In this document: in pieces, positions 33,855-43,121 of the stretch
How the letters are laid out: each line of letters opens with the position of its first letter
How positions within the stretch are numbered: the stretch's first letter is position 1
Source: an uncultured virus (IMG/VR IMGVR_UViG_3300046675_000363)
Taxonomy: Duplodnaviria > Heunggongvirae > Uroviricota > Caudoviricetes
Direction: 5' to 3' (one strand)
Length of the DNA: 64,000 bases
IMG/VR virus record: IMGVR_UViG_3300046675_000363
Notes under the pieces: generated by a model
The model's database searches: none
The model's input: the letters and a program-made list of their open reading frames with translations, nothing else
Told to the model about the DNA's origin: nothing
Translations under genes and position numbers: made by a program

Positions 33855-35135
33855 ATGTCTGAGGACAGCAAAAAGTTTCGCGCCGCGATGCGCGCCAAGG
33901 CCGAGCGTTTGGGGACGGCCTCGTCCGCAGGCAAGGTCGACTGTTCAAGTTTTGGCGACGTCGAGCAGGATCCGATTCACGCCGATAAGGCTCAAGGCCC
34001 GCGCCCGCTATCGAGGCGAGCCTTCAAAAGCGGCGGCGCCGTCCTCGGCGCTGCGGGCTTCAAGCACGGCGGGCGCGCCGCGCGCAAAAGCGGCGGCATG
34101 GCCCAGGCTTTCGGCAACGCCATCTTCAACAGCAGCATCAAGACAGCCGACAACGATCGCGAAGGTCACGTCGAGCGCAAGGGCGGCATGAAGAGCGGCG
34201 GCAGGAGCGGCAAGTTTGGCGGCGGCGGCGCTGGGCCGATCGGCGGCCAGACTGCAATCACCAATCTGGCGGCGCAGGATGCGCAGAAGCCGATGGCGGC
34301 TGCGGCCCAGCAAGCTGGCGTTGGCGCGGACGGTCCCGTCAAAGCCACCGCCGGCGGCAGCGGCCATATGTTTGGCATGGCGAAGGGCGGTCACCCGCAC
34401 AAGGCCGAAGACGAGAAGTGCGCCAAGAAGCTGGTCGCGCATCACAAGGCTGACGGCGGCCCGCTTCCGTCACCTGCCGACGCCGGTCCGCCTCCCGGCC
34501 CGCCCGAAGCGACGCCCGCCGGCGCAGAGCAAGGCCCCGACATCAAGGAGGCGTTGCTTGAGGCTCTGATGCACGAGCACAAAAAGTCGAAGAAGCACAA
34601 GAAGGGTCCGCCGATGCCGCCTCCGGATGACGAGGAAGCGGAAGCGGCCCCGCCTCCCGACGATCAAGCCGGCCCGCCTCCGGGCCTTGGCGCCAAGCGC
34701 GGCGGCAAGGCGCGCAAGGATGGCGGCGGCGTCTACGACCCCAACGTCAAGCTCGGTCCGCGCGATGGCTACGCCAGCGGCGGCAAGACCAAGGGCAAGA
34801 CCAACATCAATATTATCATTGGCCAACCTGGTGGCGCCTCTCCTCCCGATGCCGGCGGCGGACCTCCTCCCCCGCTGGCAGGGCCGCCGCCGGGGCCGGG
34901 GGCGGTTCCTGTGCCGCCTCCCGCGCCCCCGCCTGGCTTGCCTCCGGGCGGCGCGATGGGCGGACCGCCTCCGGGCGCGCCGCCGCCAATGCCGATGCCG
35001 CCTCCGGGCGGGCCGATGGGCCGCAAGCACGGCGGTCGAGCGTATCCGATTGAGCATGCTTCTGGCGGCGGCAAGGGCCGTCTGGAGAAAATCAAGGCAT
35101 ATGGGCTGGTTCCGCCCAAGGGGAGGATGGGGTGA
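33855..35135 (+). CDS. Gly/Pro/Lys-rich disordered virion protein with many xxxGG motifs
   Basis: FKSGG, FKHGG, RKSGG, MKSGG, MAKGG, KADGG, AKRGG, RKDGG, YASGG, RKHGG, HASGG; TNINIII. Confidence 0.85.
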   Translation: MSEDSKKFRAAMRAKAERLGTASSAGKVDCSSFGDVEQDPIHADKAQGPRPLSRRAFKSGGAVLGAAGFKHGGRAARKSGGMAQAFGNAIFNSSIKTADNDREGHVERKGGMKSGGRSGKFGGGGAGPIGGQTAITNLAAQDAQKPMAAAAQQAGVGADGPVKATAGGSGHMFGMAKGGHPHKAEDEKCAKKLVAHHKADGGPLPSPADAGPPPGPPEATPAGAEQGPDIKEALLEALMHEHKKSKKHKKGPPMPPPDDEEAEAAPPPDDQAGPPPGLGAKRGGKARKDGGGVYDPNVKLGPRDGYASGGKTKGKTNINIIIGQPGGASPPDAGGGPPPPLAGPPPGPGAVPVPPPAPPPGLPPGGAMGGPPPGAPPPMPMPPPGGPMGRKHGGRAYPIEHASGGGKGRLEKIKAYGLVPPKGRMG

Positions 35136-35401
35136 ACATCGAAAAAACTGTAATCGACCATGCGCTTGTCATCGCTTTGGGGCTTCTGCTCCTGCTCTTC
35201 GCTTTTGCAGGCTTTATCATTTCCGCCCGCGCTCAGTCCATCGAAATTGGGCCGGGGGGCTTCTCGATTGGCCAGCAGCGTCACGGGCGCGGGCATGGCG
35301 AGGTGTGCGCGGAGTTGCGCCGCGCATGCATGTACAAGGAAGAGCGCGGTGAGGAAGGCATGGGAAACTGCCGTCGCTACCGCGAATCATGCCAATATTG
35401 A
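35132..35401 (+). CDS. Secreted Cys-rich small protein (moron)
   Basis: Signal peptide ARA|QSIEIGPGG; CAELRRAC..GNCRRYRESC. Confidence 0.75.
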   Translation: MNIEKTVIDHALVIALGLLLLLFAFAGFIISARAQSIEIGPGGFSIGQQRHGRGHGEVCAELRRACMYKEERGEEGMGNCRRYRESCQY

Positions 35402-35417
35402 ACAGGAGTGAAATCAG

Positions 35418-36146
35418 ATGGTCTTGCGTCATGTTGTAATTCGCGGAGTGGCCGATATCGGTGACGTGGTTCACCCCGCTGATCCCGGTTTTGGGCGTCC
35501 TGGCGGCGGCTGGAGTCCCGTTGACCCCGGCTATGATCGCCCCAGCGGCGGCCATCCTGATCAAGGCCTCCCCGGCTACGGCCACCCCGATCAAGATCTG
35601 CCTGGCAGGCGCCCGCGTCCCGACCAGGGTTTGCCTGGATACGGGCACCCGGATCAGGGCCTTCCCGGCTACGGGCATCCTGATCAAGGTCTTCCTGGCT
35701 ATGGTCATCCGGATCAAGGACTACCTGGTTATGGCCACCCCGATCAGGGTCTGCCTGGCTTGCCGGTTTATCCCAGTCAGGGACCGATTCTTCCAGCCGC
35801 TCCCGGCCATCCGATCCCCGTGCCGCGTGTGCCGGTGGTGCAGGTCATCCCGCTGCCCGAAGGCGCGGTGCTTCCGACTGAGCCTCCGCATCGCCCTGGC
35901 AGGATCGCCATCGTGGTCGAGGGCGAAACCAAGGCTGTCGGCTGGCTGCAGGGTTCGGATGACCTTCCGGTCGCCGCGCCCAAGGGCGAAGCGCCTGTCC
36001 CCGGCGGTCACTGGGTGGCGGTCGAAGTCAATCCGCAGGCAAGGCCCAAGAAATGCAGCGACGGCAGCGATGGCGTCGGCAAGACTGGCTTTGCCTGGGT
36101 GTTCGAAGTGAAGCCCGACTTTGGCACGGAGCCGACGTCGGTCTGA
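35418..36146 (+). CDS. Pro/Gly-rich protein with GHPDQGLPGY decapeptide repeats
   Basis: CAGGAG RBS; 7 repeat units at about 35550-35762. Confidence 0.85.
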   Translation: MVLRHVVIRGVADIGDVVHPADPGFGRPGGGWSPVDPGYDRPSGGHPDQGLPGYGHPDQDLPGRRPRPDQGLPGYGHPDQGLPGYGHPDQGLPGYGHPDQGLPGYGHPDQGLPGLPVYPSQGPILPAAPGHPIPVPRVPVVQVIPLPEGAVLPTEPPHRPGRIAIVVEGETKAVGWLQGSDDLPVAAPKGEAPVPGGHWVAVEVNPQARPKKCSDGSDGVGKTGFAWVFEVKPDFGTEPTSV

Positions 36147-36153
36147 AAACACA

Positions 36154-36190
36154 GAGGGCCGCTTCCAGTACATCCGTGGAAGCGGCCCTC
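36154..36190 (+). terminator. Long hairpin after the repeat-protein gene
   Basis: GAGGGCCGCTTCCA...TGGAAGCGGCCCTC, 14-bp stem; no clear U-tract. Confidence 0.55.
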
Positions 36191-36251
36191 ATACCCTCGG
36201 TCGACACCTTGAGCTTGTCTTACATCAGAAACAAATCAGGTTCAAGCCCCA

Positions 36252-36464
36252 ATGCAGACTTTTAAGAGCGTTTTTGCCGAAGAACTAAAGAAGCTCCTGC
36301 GCGAGCAGATCGAATCCGCCAAGAACGACCTCGCATACGGCGCCAGCATCACGACTTTCGAAGCCTATCGCGAGGCCGTCGGCGTCATACGCGGCCTTAG
36401 CGCCGCCATCGATACCGTCGATGACGCCGAGCAGAAGGCCAACGATCGCGAGCGCGGCCTCTAA
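36252..36464 (+). CDS. Small helical head-region protein
   Basis: LAYG....FEAYREAVGVIRGL, typical of the gene before phage GroES. Confidence 0.8.
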   Translation: MQTFKSVFAEELKKLLREQIESAKNDLAYGASITTFEAYREAVGVIRGLSAAIDTVDDAEQKANDRERGL

Positions 36465-36521
36465 ATTCTGTTGTCAGCACACTGACAGTGTGCGAGTAAT
36501 TGTGCGTCACAGGAGACGCGC

Positions 36522-36908
36522 ATGGCCTTTGCTTCGATGTTGCACGAGGAAGATCCGGTCCAGAAGGTGCTGAAGGAGCTTGGCGACCTGTCAGGGGTCG
36601 AAATTTTCCACAATCAATTGCTCGCTGCGGTCTACATCAGGCCCGATAAAACCAAGAGCGGCCTGTTCCTGGCCCAGCAGACCCTCAACGAGGATCGTTT
36701 TCAGTCCAAATTGGGCCTTGTCGTCAAGAAAGGCCCGCAGGCCTTCATCAGCGGCGGCGAATGGCAGTTCCCTGACATCGAACTGCATGACTGGATCCTG
36801 TTTCGCCCCTCGGACGGCTGGAACATCACCGTCAATGGCGTCCTGTGCCGCATCCTGACCGACACGGCCATCAAGGGGCGCATTGCGACGCCCGATCTCA
36901 TCTGGTGA
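36522..36908 (+). CDS. groES: GroES-like co-chaperonin
   Basis: KTKSGLFL mobile loop, GLVVKKGPQAF, DWILF, RILTD..I.G. Confidence 0.85.
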   Translation: MAFASMLHEEDPVQKVLKELGDLSGVEIFHNQLLAAVYIRPDKTKSGLFLAQQTLNEDRFQSKLGLVVKKGPQAFISGGEWQFPDIELHDWILFRPSDGWNITVNGVLCRILTDTAIKGRIATPDLIW

Positions 36909-36913
36909 GCGAC

Positions 36914-37771
36914 ATGGCGAAAGATCCGAATAGTATCCCGGCCTTCGACCCGAACACCGACTGGGAGCACGGCGGCAAGGAAGAGCGCGATCCACTGGTC
37001 GAACTGCGGGCGCAACTCGATCGCGAGCGCGCCGCGCGCATCCAGGCTGAAAATCGGGCCAACGAATACGCGACCACCGCGCACGGCGCTCAGGTTGAAG
37101 TGGCCGACAACGAGCTTAAACTGGTGGTCAGCGCGATCGAGCGGGTCAAGGAGCACACCAACGCCCTGAAAGCCGCTTACGCCGAGTCGTTACGCAACCA
37201 GGATTACGACAACGCAGCCGAATTTCAGGTTCAGCTTGCCGACAATGCAGCGGCGCTGCGGCAGCTTGAAAACGGCAAGGCGTCAATGGAGGCGCAGCCC
37301 AAGCCTGTGGCGCCGCAGCCGATCAAGATGAGCATCGATCCCGTCGAGGAACTGGCGAGCCAACTGACGGCGAAGTCCGCCGCCTGGGTCCGCGCCCATC
37401 CCGAATGCGCCCGCGATCCGAAGCTTTACGCCAAAATGGTCGCGGCCCACAATATTACGGTTTCGCGCGACATCGATCCCGACACGGACGACTATTTCCG
37501 CTCAGTGGAGGCGCTCGTTTACGACAGGCCCGCAGATCGCGAACGCGATCTCGACACTGGCGCTGATGATCCGCAGGCCGCGTCCGCCAAGGCTGCGCCG
37601 CAGCGTGAATCGGCCCCGCCGGCGGCTGCGCCTGTCAGTCGCGGATCGAGTGGCAGGAGCGCCACGCTGACGCCGCTTGAGCGCGAATACGCCGAGATTT
37701 CAGGCATGTCCGAGCAGGACTACGCCAAGGCGCGTGACGACATTCGCAAGAACCAGGGCCGCCTGCATTAA
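36914..37771 (+). CDS. Capsid scaffolding protein (putative)
   Basis: Coiled coil, W...HP, DPDTDDYF, C-terminal TLTPLEREYAEISGMSEQDYAK. Confidence 0.75.
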   Translation: MAKDPNSIPAFDPNTDWEHGGKEERDPLVELRAQLDRERAARIQAENRANEYATTAHGAQVEVADNELKLVVSAIERVKEHTNALKAAYAESLRNQDYDNAAEFQVQLADNAAALRQLENGKASMEAQPKPVAPQPIKMSIDPVEELASQLTAKSAAWVRAHPECARDPKLYAKMVAAHNITVSRDIDPDTDDYFRSVEALVYDRPADRERDLDTGADDPQAASAKAAPQRESAPPAAAPVSRGSSGRSATLTPLEREYAEISGMSEQDYAKARDDIRKNQGRLH

Positions 37772-37781
37772 GGAAACACCA

Positions 37782-38360
37782 ATGGTCAACCGTCCGCCTC
37801 CGCAGCGTTTCACCAGCCCCAGTCGCGAAGAGCCGGCTATCCAGCCGCCTTCTTTTATCGAGCGTCCGCCGCTTCGCCAGCCCGTCGAAACCTCGATGGA
37901 CCGCGCCGCCCGGCGCACCCTCGAATTGCGCGGCCACTTCACTAACGGCGTTCTCGACGAAGGCGCCGATGAATTTTACATCAACCCTGCGATCATTCCT
38001 GAAGGGTGGTCATACGAGTGGAAGCTGTATTCGGTCCTCGGTGAAGAGCAGGGGTCGTACCAGGTCACCCTGGCCCGCACGGGCTGGGAGCCGGTGCCGT
38101 CCGATCGGCACCCTGAGTTGATGCCTCGCAACACCAAGGAAAAGACCGTGATGCGGCGCGGCATGCAGCTTATGGAGCGCCCGCTCGAAATTACGCTGGA
38201 GGCCAAGCAGCTTGAGCGCGACAAGGCCCGCCGTCAGGTTCGCATCAAGGAAGAGCAGCTTACTGCGGCGCCTCCGGGCCAGTTTGGGCGCGACAACAAG
38301 GGTGAACCCTTGACCCGCCTTGGCAAGTCTTACGAGGCTATGCCGGTGCCGAATAGCTGA
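37782..38360 (+). CDS. Conserved head-region protein
   Basis: PEGWSYEWK..GWEPV..HPEL..GMQLMERP. Confidence 0.8.
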   Translation: MVNRPPPQRFTSPSREEPAIQPPSFIERPPLRQPVETSMDRAARRTLELRGHFTNGVLDEGADEFYINPAIIPEGWSYEWKLYSVLGEEQGSYQVTLARTGWEPVPSDRHPELMPRNTKEKTVMRRGMQLMERPLEITLEAKQLERDKARRQVRIKEEQLTAAPPGQFGRDNKGEPLTRLGKSYEAMPVPNS

Positions 38361-38499
38361 CGACGCTTGACGACGTCGTATTTTTGGATGTACAAAACGA
38401 GTACCCGCTTCTCCCCGCTGTGAGAAGCTGTATTTTTCGGACCTCCCCTAGCCCCCGGTGTGGCATAGCAGGTCTTCCTTGAAAGAGGAGGGTTTTGCC

Positions 38500-39099
38500 G
38501 TGGCCAACACCAATGCTCCCTTTGGCTTCCGTCAGGTTCAGGGCTTGGGCAGCGCCCCGACCTACGAACAGGTCGAAGTTGTCGTCCAGTACAATGCCGG
38601 CGCCATTTACTTTGGCGACCCCGTGGCGGCTCTTGCCGACGGCACTGTCGCCGCTGCGCCGACCACCGCCGGTACGCCCCCGCCGCCCATCGCCGGCATT
38701 TTCCAGGGCTGCAAGTATCTTTCCGTTTCGCAGAAGCGCACCGTCTGGTCAAACTACTGGCCCGGTAGCGATGTTGCGTCGGGCAACCTGGTGACCGCGT
38801 ACATCATCAACGATCCGCATGCCAAGTTCATTGCGCAGACGGATGGCACGGGCGCTGCCCTCACGGACGTGAATGCAACCGTCGGCTTCAATATCGGCGC
38901 TGGCAATCCGGCCAACGGCATGTCTGGCGCGTACCTCATTCCGGCCACCGCGCCAAGCATTGTTGGCAACCCGTTCACCGTCTTTGGCATCGTCCAGGCT
39001 CCCCCCGGCTCCGCTGGCACTCTCGCCAACGGTCAGCCTTACGACTGGGCCATCGTCGGTTTCAACAACGTCCAGACCAAGATCGTCACCGGCATCTGA
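38500..39099 (+). CDS. Capsid cement/decoration protein (putative)
   Basis: ANTNAPFGFR..IYFGDPV..GIFQGCKY..DP; GAGGAGG RBS; directly before the major capsid gene. Confidence 0.75.
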   Translation: MANTNAPFGFRQVQGLGSAPTYEQVEVVVQYNAGAIYFGDPVAALADGTVAAAPTTAGTPPPPIAGIFQGCKYLSVSQKRTVWSNYWPGSDVASGNLVTAYIINDPHAKFIAQTDGTGAALTDVNATVGFNIGAGNPANGMSGAYLIPATAPSIVGNPFTVFGIVQAPPGSAGTLANGQPYDWAIVGFNNVQTKIVTGI

Positions 39100-39128
39100 T
39101 CCGGCCATAGCAACAGGAGTAGACCGTC

Positions 39129-40043
39129 ATGGCCGTCAATCTTAGCGCCATCAAAGACCTCCTTCTCCCCGGTTTGCGCGGGATCGAGGGCAAGTACGAG
39201 ATGATTCCGTCTCAGTACGACAAGATCTTTACGAAGCACAATTCAAAGATGGCGTTGGAGCGCACGGCTGAAATGCGCTACCTGGGCCTCGCCGCCCTGA
39301 AGACTGAAGGCGGCCAGACTCAGTTCGACAACGGCGCCGGCGAACGCTACGTGTACAATCAGGAACACGTCGAGATCGGCCTCGGCTACGCGATGACCCG
39401 CAAGGCCATCGACGACAACCTCTATAAGACCCAGTTCCATCCGTCGAACCTCGGCCTGATCGAATCTTTCCAGCAGACCAAGGAAATCTACGGCGCCAAT
39501 GTGCTGAACACGGCGCAGACCTATCTGTCGACGATCGGCGGCGACGGCAAGGCGCTCTGTGCGGTCGATCATCCGATCGACGCCGGCCTCGTTGGCAATA
39601 CGCCGGCGGTGCAAGTTGATCTGGGCGAATCGACCTTGCTCAACAGCATGATCGGCGTCCGGACTAATTTCAAAGACCAGGCCGGCTTGAAGGTTTTCGC
39701 CCGCGCGCGGAAGTTGATCATCCCGCCGCAACTGGAACCGGTAGCAATTCGTCTTCTCAAGACAGAATTGCGCCCAGGCACGGCAGATAATGATGTCAAT
39801 GCAATCCTCTCGGCAAGTGGAGGCTTGACCGAAAACTTCATGGTCAATGACTTCTTGACCTCGCCCTTCGCCTGGTTCCTTCTGACAAATATCGATGGTC
39901 TTTCCTTCATGGAAAGAATAAAGTTCGAAACCGACATGCAAGTCGATTTCGTGACCGATAATCTATTGGTCAAAGGTTACGAGAGGTATTCGTTCGGTTA
40001 CTACAACTGGCGAGCCGTCTACGGCAACTTCCCGACCTCGTAA
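39129..40043 (+). CDS. Major capsid protein
   Basis: LLPGL..K.EG..H...LGYAMTRKAIDDNLY..GDGKAL..HP..KLIIPPQL..ERYSFG..WR; CAGGAG RBS. Confidence 0.92.
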   Translation: MAVNLSAIKDLLLPGLRGIEGKYEMIPSQYDKIFTKHNSKMALERTAEMRYLGLAALKTEGGQTQFDNGAGERYVYNQEHVEIGLGYAMTRKAIDDNLYKTQFHPSNLGLIESFQQTKEIYGANVLNTAQTYLSTIGGDGKALCAVDHPIDAGLVGNTPAVQVDLGESTLLNSMIGVRTNFKDQAGLKVFARARKLIIPPQLEPVAIRLLKTELRPGTADNDVNAILSASGGLTENFMVNDFLTSPFAWFLLTNIDGLSFMERIKFETDMQVDFVTDNLLVKGYERYSFGYYNWRAVYGNFPTS

Positions 40044-40067
40044 TACTGGCTCAGAAGGAGAAAGCAC

Positions 40068-40517
40068 ATGGGTGCGACACACTTCACGGGGCCGGTTATT
40101 GTAGGCGACCCTGCTGCGGGGACTCAAGGCGAGATCGAGTGCTATCAGGACATCATCATCCTGAACCCCGGTCCCGGTAACCAAGACTACGCGCTCAACA
40201 TCCCGCCTGGCTCGGTGATCATGGGCTTCGAAGTCGCCACATTCACGGCATGGAACTCGGCTACCTCCGCGTCCATGACGATTGGCAATGTGGTTGGCGG
40301 CGCGCAATATGTCGGCGCCACCGATCTGAAGGCGGCGGCGCCCTTCCCCGCCATGACGCAGACGGCGGCGAACATCGCTGCCCAGCGCGGCTATACGGCG
40401 GCGGGCGCGGCTGCGCCGGTCACTGGGCCGATCAACATTCGTGTTGCCTCGGTTGGCGCGGGCATTATCGGCTCCGCGCTGGTGTCGGTTCATTATGTCC
40501 AGGTGGCGACACCTTGA
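40068..40517 (+). CDS. Virion structural protein
   Basis: MGATHFTGPV N-terminus, beta-rich; AAGGAG RBS. Confidence 0.8.
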   Translation: MGATHFTGPVIVGDPAAGTQGEIECYQDIIILNPGPGNQDYALNIPPGSVIMGFEVATFTAWNSATSASMTIGNVVGGAQYVGATDLKAAAPFPAMTQTAANIAAQRGYTAAGAAAPVTGPINIRVASVGAGIIGSALVSVHYVQVATP

Positions 40518-40529
40518 TCGGAGGCTTCA

Positions 40530-40775
40530 ATGGCAAAAGCTGGCAAGAACCCCGCTTTCGATAGCGGCAACAAGGATGTCAAGGAAGAGGCCGAAGAGAA
40601 GGGCGGCGGCAAGCAGACCAAAAAGCGCGTAGGCGGGCCGGTTGGCGCGTCTGCTCATTCGCATGGCGGTCGAGCGGCTCGCAAGAGCGGCGGCTCCTGC
40701 GAAAACCATCTGTTCTCGTCAGCCAATGCGGGTTCGCCCGCGCCTGGCCGGAAGATGATGTCGAAGAAGGTCTGA
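40530..40775 (+). CDS. Small basic protein with xxxGG motifs
   Basis: KRVGG, HGGRAARKSGG; GGAGG RBS. Confidence 0.8.
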   Translation: MAKAGKNPAFDSGNKDVKEEAEEKGGGKQTKKRVGGPVGASAHSHGGRAARKSGGSCENHLFSSANAGSPAPGRKMMSKKV

Positions 40776-40779
40776 CGCC

Positions 40780-41451
40780 ATGCGGCCAATTGTCGTCACT
40801 GCTGCGCCGCTTGCTGCGCTCGTTACGAACGGCATCTGCCTGTCGCAGACGCCGACGGCTGGTCCGCTGGCCCTGAATGGATCGCTGGTCGTCAATGGCG
40901 TTGTTGTTCTCGATCAGGCGCGCCAGATCGCCTTTGCCTCCACGGGCAACAATTCGAACACCACCTTCACGATCACCGGCACCGACGCCTTTGGCGCGAC
41001 CCAAAGCGAAAGCCTTGTCGGCGGCAATATCGCCACGATCGTCACCACCAAAAACTACAAGACCGTGACTTCGATCACCAGTTCGGCAGCGAGCGTGGCG
41101 GGCTTGACCGTCGGCACCAACTCCAGCCCGGCGGTCACCTCGTCGCAATGGGTGCGCTTCGACGATTCCGGCAACCCCGGCGTTTCGATCCAGATCAGTT
41201 CGGCTGGAGCATCGAACATCACGGTCCAGCAAACCCTGGATGATCCCAACAGCCCGACCAATCCGGTTCTGCCGGCCAACGTAATTTGGGCGCCGCATCC
41301 CGACGCCACGCTGGTCGCTGCCGCTATGATCAATGGCGCGGTGCTGCAGGGCAATTACGCTTACAAGCCGGTCTTCGCGCGCGTCCTGCTCAACAGCGGC
41401 GTCGGAACGGCGACGGCCACCTTCATCCAGTCGGGCGGGGCCGATTACTGA
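40780..41451 (+). CDS. Virion structural protein
   Basis: FTITGTD..G....E.L..T.KNYKTVTSI; TVQQTLDDP. Confidence 0.8.
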   Translation: MRPIVVTAAPLAALVTNGICLSQTPTAGPLALNGSLVVNGVVVLDQARQIAFASTGNNSNTTFTITGTDAFGATQSESLVGGNIATIVTTKNYKTVTSITSSAASVAGLTVGTNSSPAVTSSQWVRFDDSGNPGVSIQISSAGASNITVQQTLDDPNSPTNPVLPANVIWAPHPDATLVAAAMINGAVLQGNYAYKPVFARVLLNSGVGTATATFIQSGGADY

Positions 41452-41837
41452 TGCCTCCCCCCGGCCTATCAAATGGCCACAACAAGCTGGCCTCGCATCC
41501 CGGCCTCACTGGCACTACGGGCCTCGGAGCGAGTGGCGGGTTCTCAGGGTTGATGGCGCCTCTCCTCCTCGATGAAACTCTGACCGTCGAACTTCCAGTC
41601 TTCACCAACCAGAAGATCGGCCAGGCGCGGAACTGGGGCGATGCCGCCGACAAGTTTGACATTGTTTCGATCGTGCCGCCCGTCGCTGGCGAATATTTCA
41701 GCATTAATAAAGCGGGCGAGCTTCACGTTACGCGCCTCGGCGTTTTGCACATCCGCAGGCGCGAGTATCTCTTGACGGTCGAAGCTGATAATGTCGTCGG
41801 GTCAGGGCGCGCAGTCATCACGATCAAAGTGGTGTAG
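41451..41837 (+). CDS. Cadherin/Ig-like domain protein
   Basis: YFSINKAGEL..EYLLTVEADN..AVITIKV. Confidence 0.65.
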   Translation: MPPPGLSNGHNKLASHPGLTGTTGLGASGGFSGLMAPLLLDETLTVELPVFTNQKIGQARNWGDAADKFDIVSIVPPVAGEYFSINKAGELHVTRLGVLHIRRREYLLTVEADNVVGSGRAVITIKVV

Positions 41838-41860
41838 CTGCCCCATCGTAGGGGGTTCGC

Positions 41861-42544
41861 ATGACTTACGGCGACAAATATAGCTTTGCTTTGGGCCTTA
41901 GCGACGTCACCCTCTATGCGTTTGGTTTGTGCGGCATCAGGCGCACCGCAGTCCTCCAGGAACACATGGCCGACGCCTACATCGCGGCCAATCTTCTTCT
42001 GGCCGACTGGTCGACCAAGGGCGTCAATCTCTGGCAGGTTTCCCAGATCTCGATCATCTTGAGCAAGGGCGCCGGGGTCTATGACGTTCCGCTTGAAGCG
42101 ATCGTCATGCTCGACACCTTCGTGACGGTCGACGGCAGGGACCGCATCATGCTGCCGATCAGCCGCACCGAATATGCGAGCTACCCCAACAAGGACCAGC
42201 CTGGCGTCCCGACCACCTTCTGGATGGATCGCCAGCTTCCAGGACGCGGCAGTCTCAGCATCTGGCCAGTGCCGGATCGCGACGGCTACACCCTGACCTA
42301 TCACTATCTGACGCAGGCGCTGAACTCAGAATTTCTCAACGACCAGCAGCCGCCGGTCCCGCCAGAATGGCTCTACGCCTTCGCCACCGGCCTGGCCGAG
42401 AAGCTGGCGATGTCATGGGCGCCAGAGCGCCTGGCCTTCCTTTCGCCCATTGCCGAAAAGGCCTATGATACCGCCTCGCGCAGCGGCGTGGAGACGGCGA
42501 CCCAGTACATCAGCCCGCAGATCGGCGGTTACTTCAGGAATTGA
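41861..42544 (+). CDS. Head-tail adaptor / tail tubular protein A-like
   Basis: NLLLADWS.KGVNLW, ISRTEY..PNK..G.P, IWPVPD, GLA.KLA. Confidence 0.8.
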   Translation: MTYGDKYSFALGLSDVTLYAFGLCGIRRTAVLQEHMADAYIAANLLLADWSTKGVNLWQVSQISIILSKGAGVYDVPLEAIVMLDTFVTVDGRDRIMLPISRTEYASYPNKDQPGVPTTFWMDRQLPGRGSLSIWPVPDRDGYTLTYHYLTQALNSEFLNDQQPPVPPEWLYAFATGLAEKLAMSWAPERLAFLSPIAEKAYDTASRSGVETATQYISPQIGGYFRN

Positions 42545-42554
42545 GGAGTGAGCC

Positions 42555-43121
42555 GTGGGCTACGCATCGAAGCTCGGCAGAGCGAGGATTAACTCCCGCA
42601 ATCCGCAGGCGGCGGCGGTGTGCGATCGATGCGGCTTCGTCTTCAATCATGTCGATCTTCAGTGGCAGTTTGACTATGCCGGCGCTTCGATGATCAACAA
42701 GCGCATCCTCATTTGCAACAGTTGCCTCGATACGCCACAGCAGCAGCTTCGCGCGATCGTCCTCCCTGCCGATCCGATGCCGATCATTAATCCGCGTCCG
42801 CAGGAATATCACGTAGCAGAGGCGAATGTGCGCGTGACGACCAATCGCTACGTGCCAGACGGCAAGACCGGCATCCCGGTTCCGGATCTCAATCCGCCGC
42901 CCACGGCGGACGGTCAGCCCACCCAGCCGGCGGGGACGACGCGCATCACGCAGGTTGAAGACACTCGCGTCACGCAGCAGACCGGCGTACCGGCGGGAAG
43001 CCGCAATCAGCAAGCGGGCTATGATCCGAATGCTCCTGGCGCTGACAAGCCGGGCCTGCCTTATGACAATGATCCGCCGCCACCGCCGATGCATGTTCCA
43101 GACACGGGGCCGCTCAAATAA
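42555..43121 (+). CDS. Zn-finger-containing tail-region protein
   Basis: AVCDRCGF...ICNSCLD.PQ.QL...DP....PRP. Confidence 0.8.
   Translation: MGYASKLGRARINSRNPQAAAVCDRCGFVFNHVDLQWQFDYAGASMINKRILICNSCLDTPQQQLRAIVLPADPMPIINPRPQEYHVAEANVRVTTNRYVPDGKTGIPVPDLNPPPTADGQPTQPAGTTRITQVEDTRVTQQTGVPAGSRNQQAGYDPNAPGADKPGLPYDNDPPPPPMHVPDTGPLK

Noticed and set aside
35550..35762. 30-bp periodic repeat as a CRISPR array
   Set aside because: No spacers; variation falls almost entirely at synonymous codon positions of an ORF
39129..40517. Stop-codon readthrough fusing major capsid to the next in-frame gene
   Set aside because: In-frame arrangement has a 1-in-3 chance, the stop is TAA, and the downstream gene has its own AAGGAG RBS
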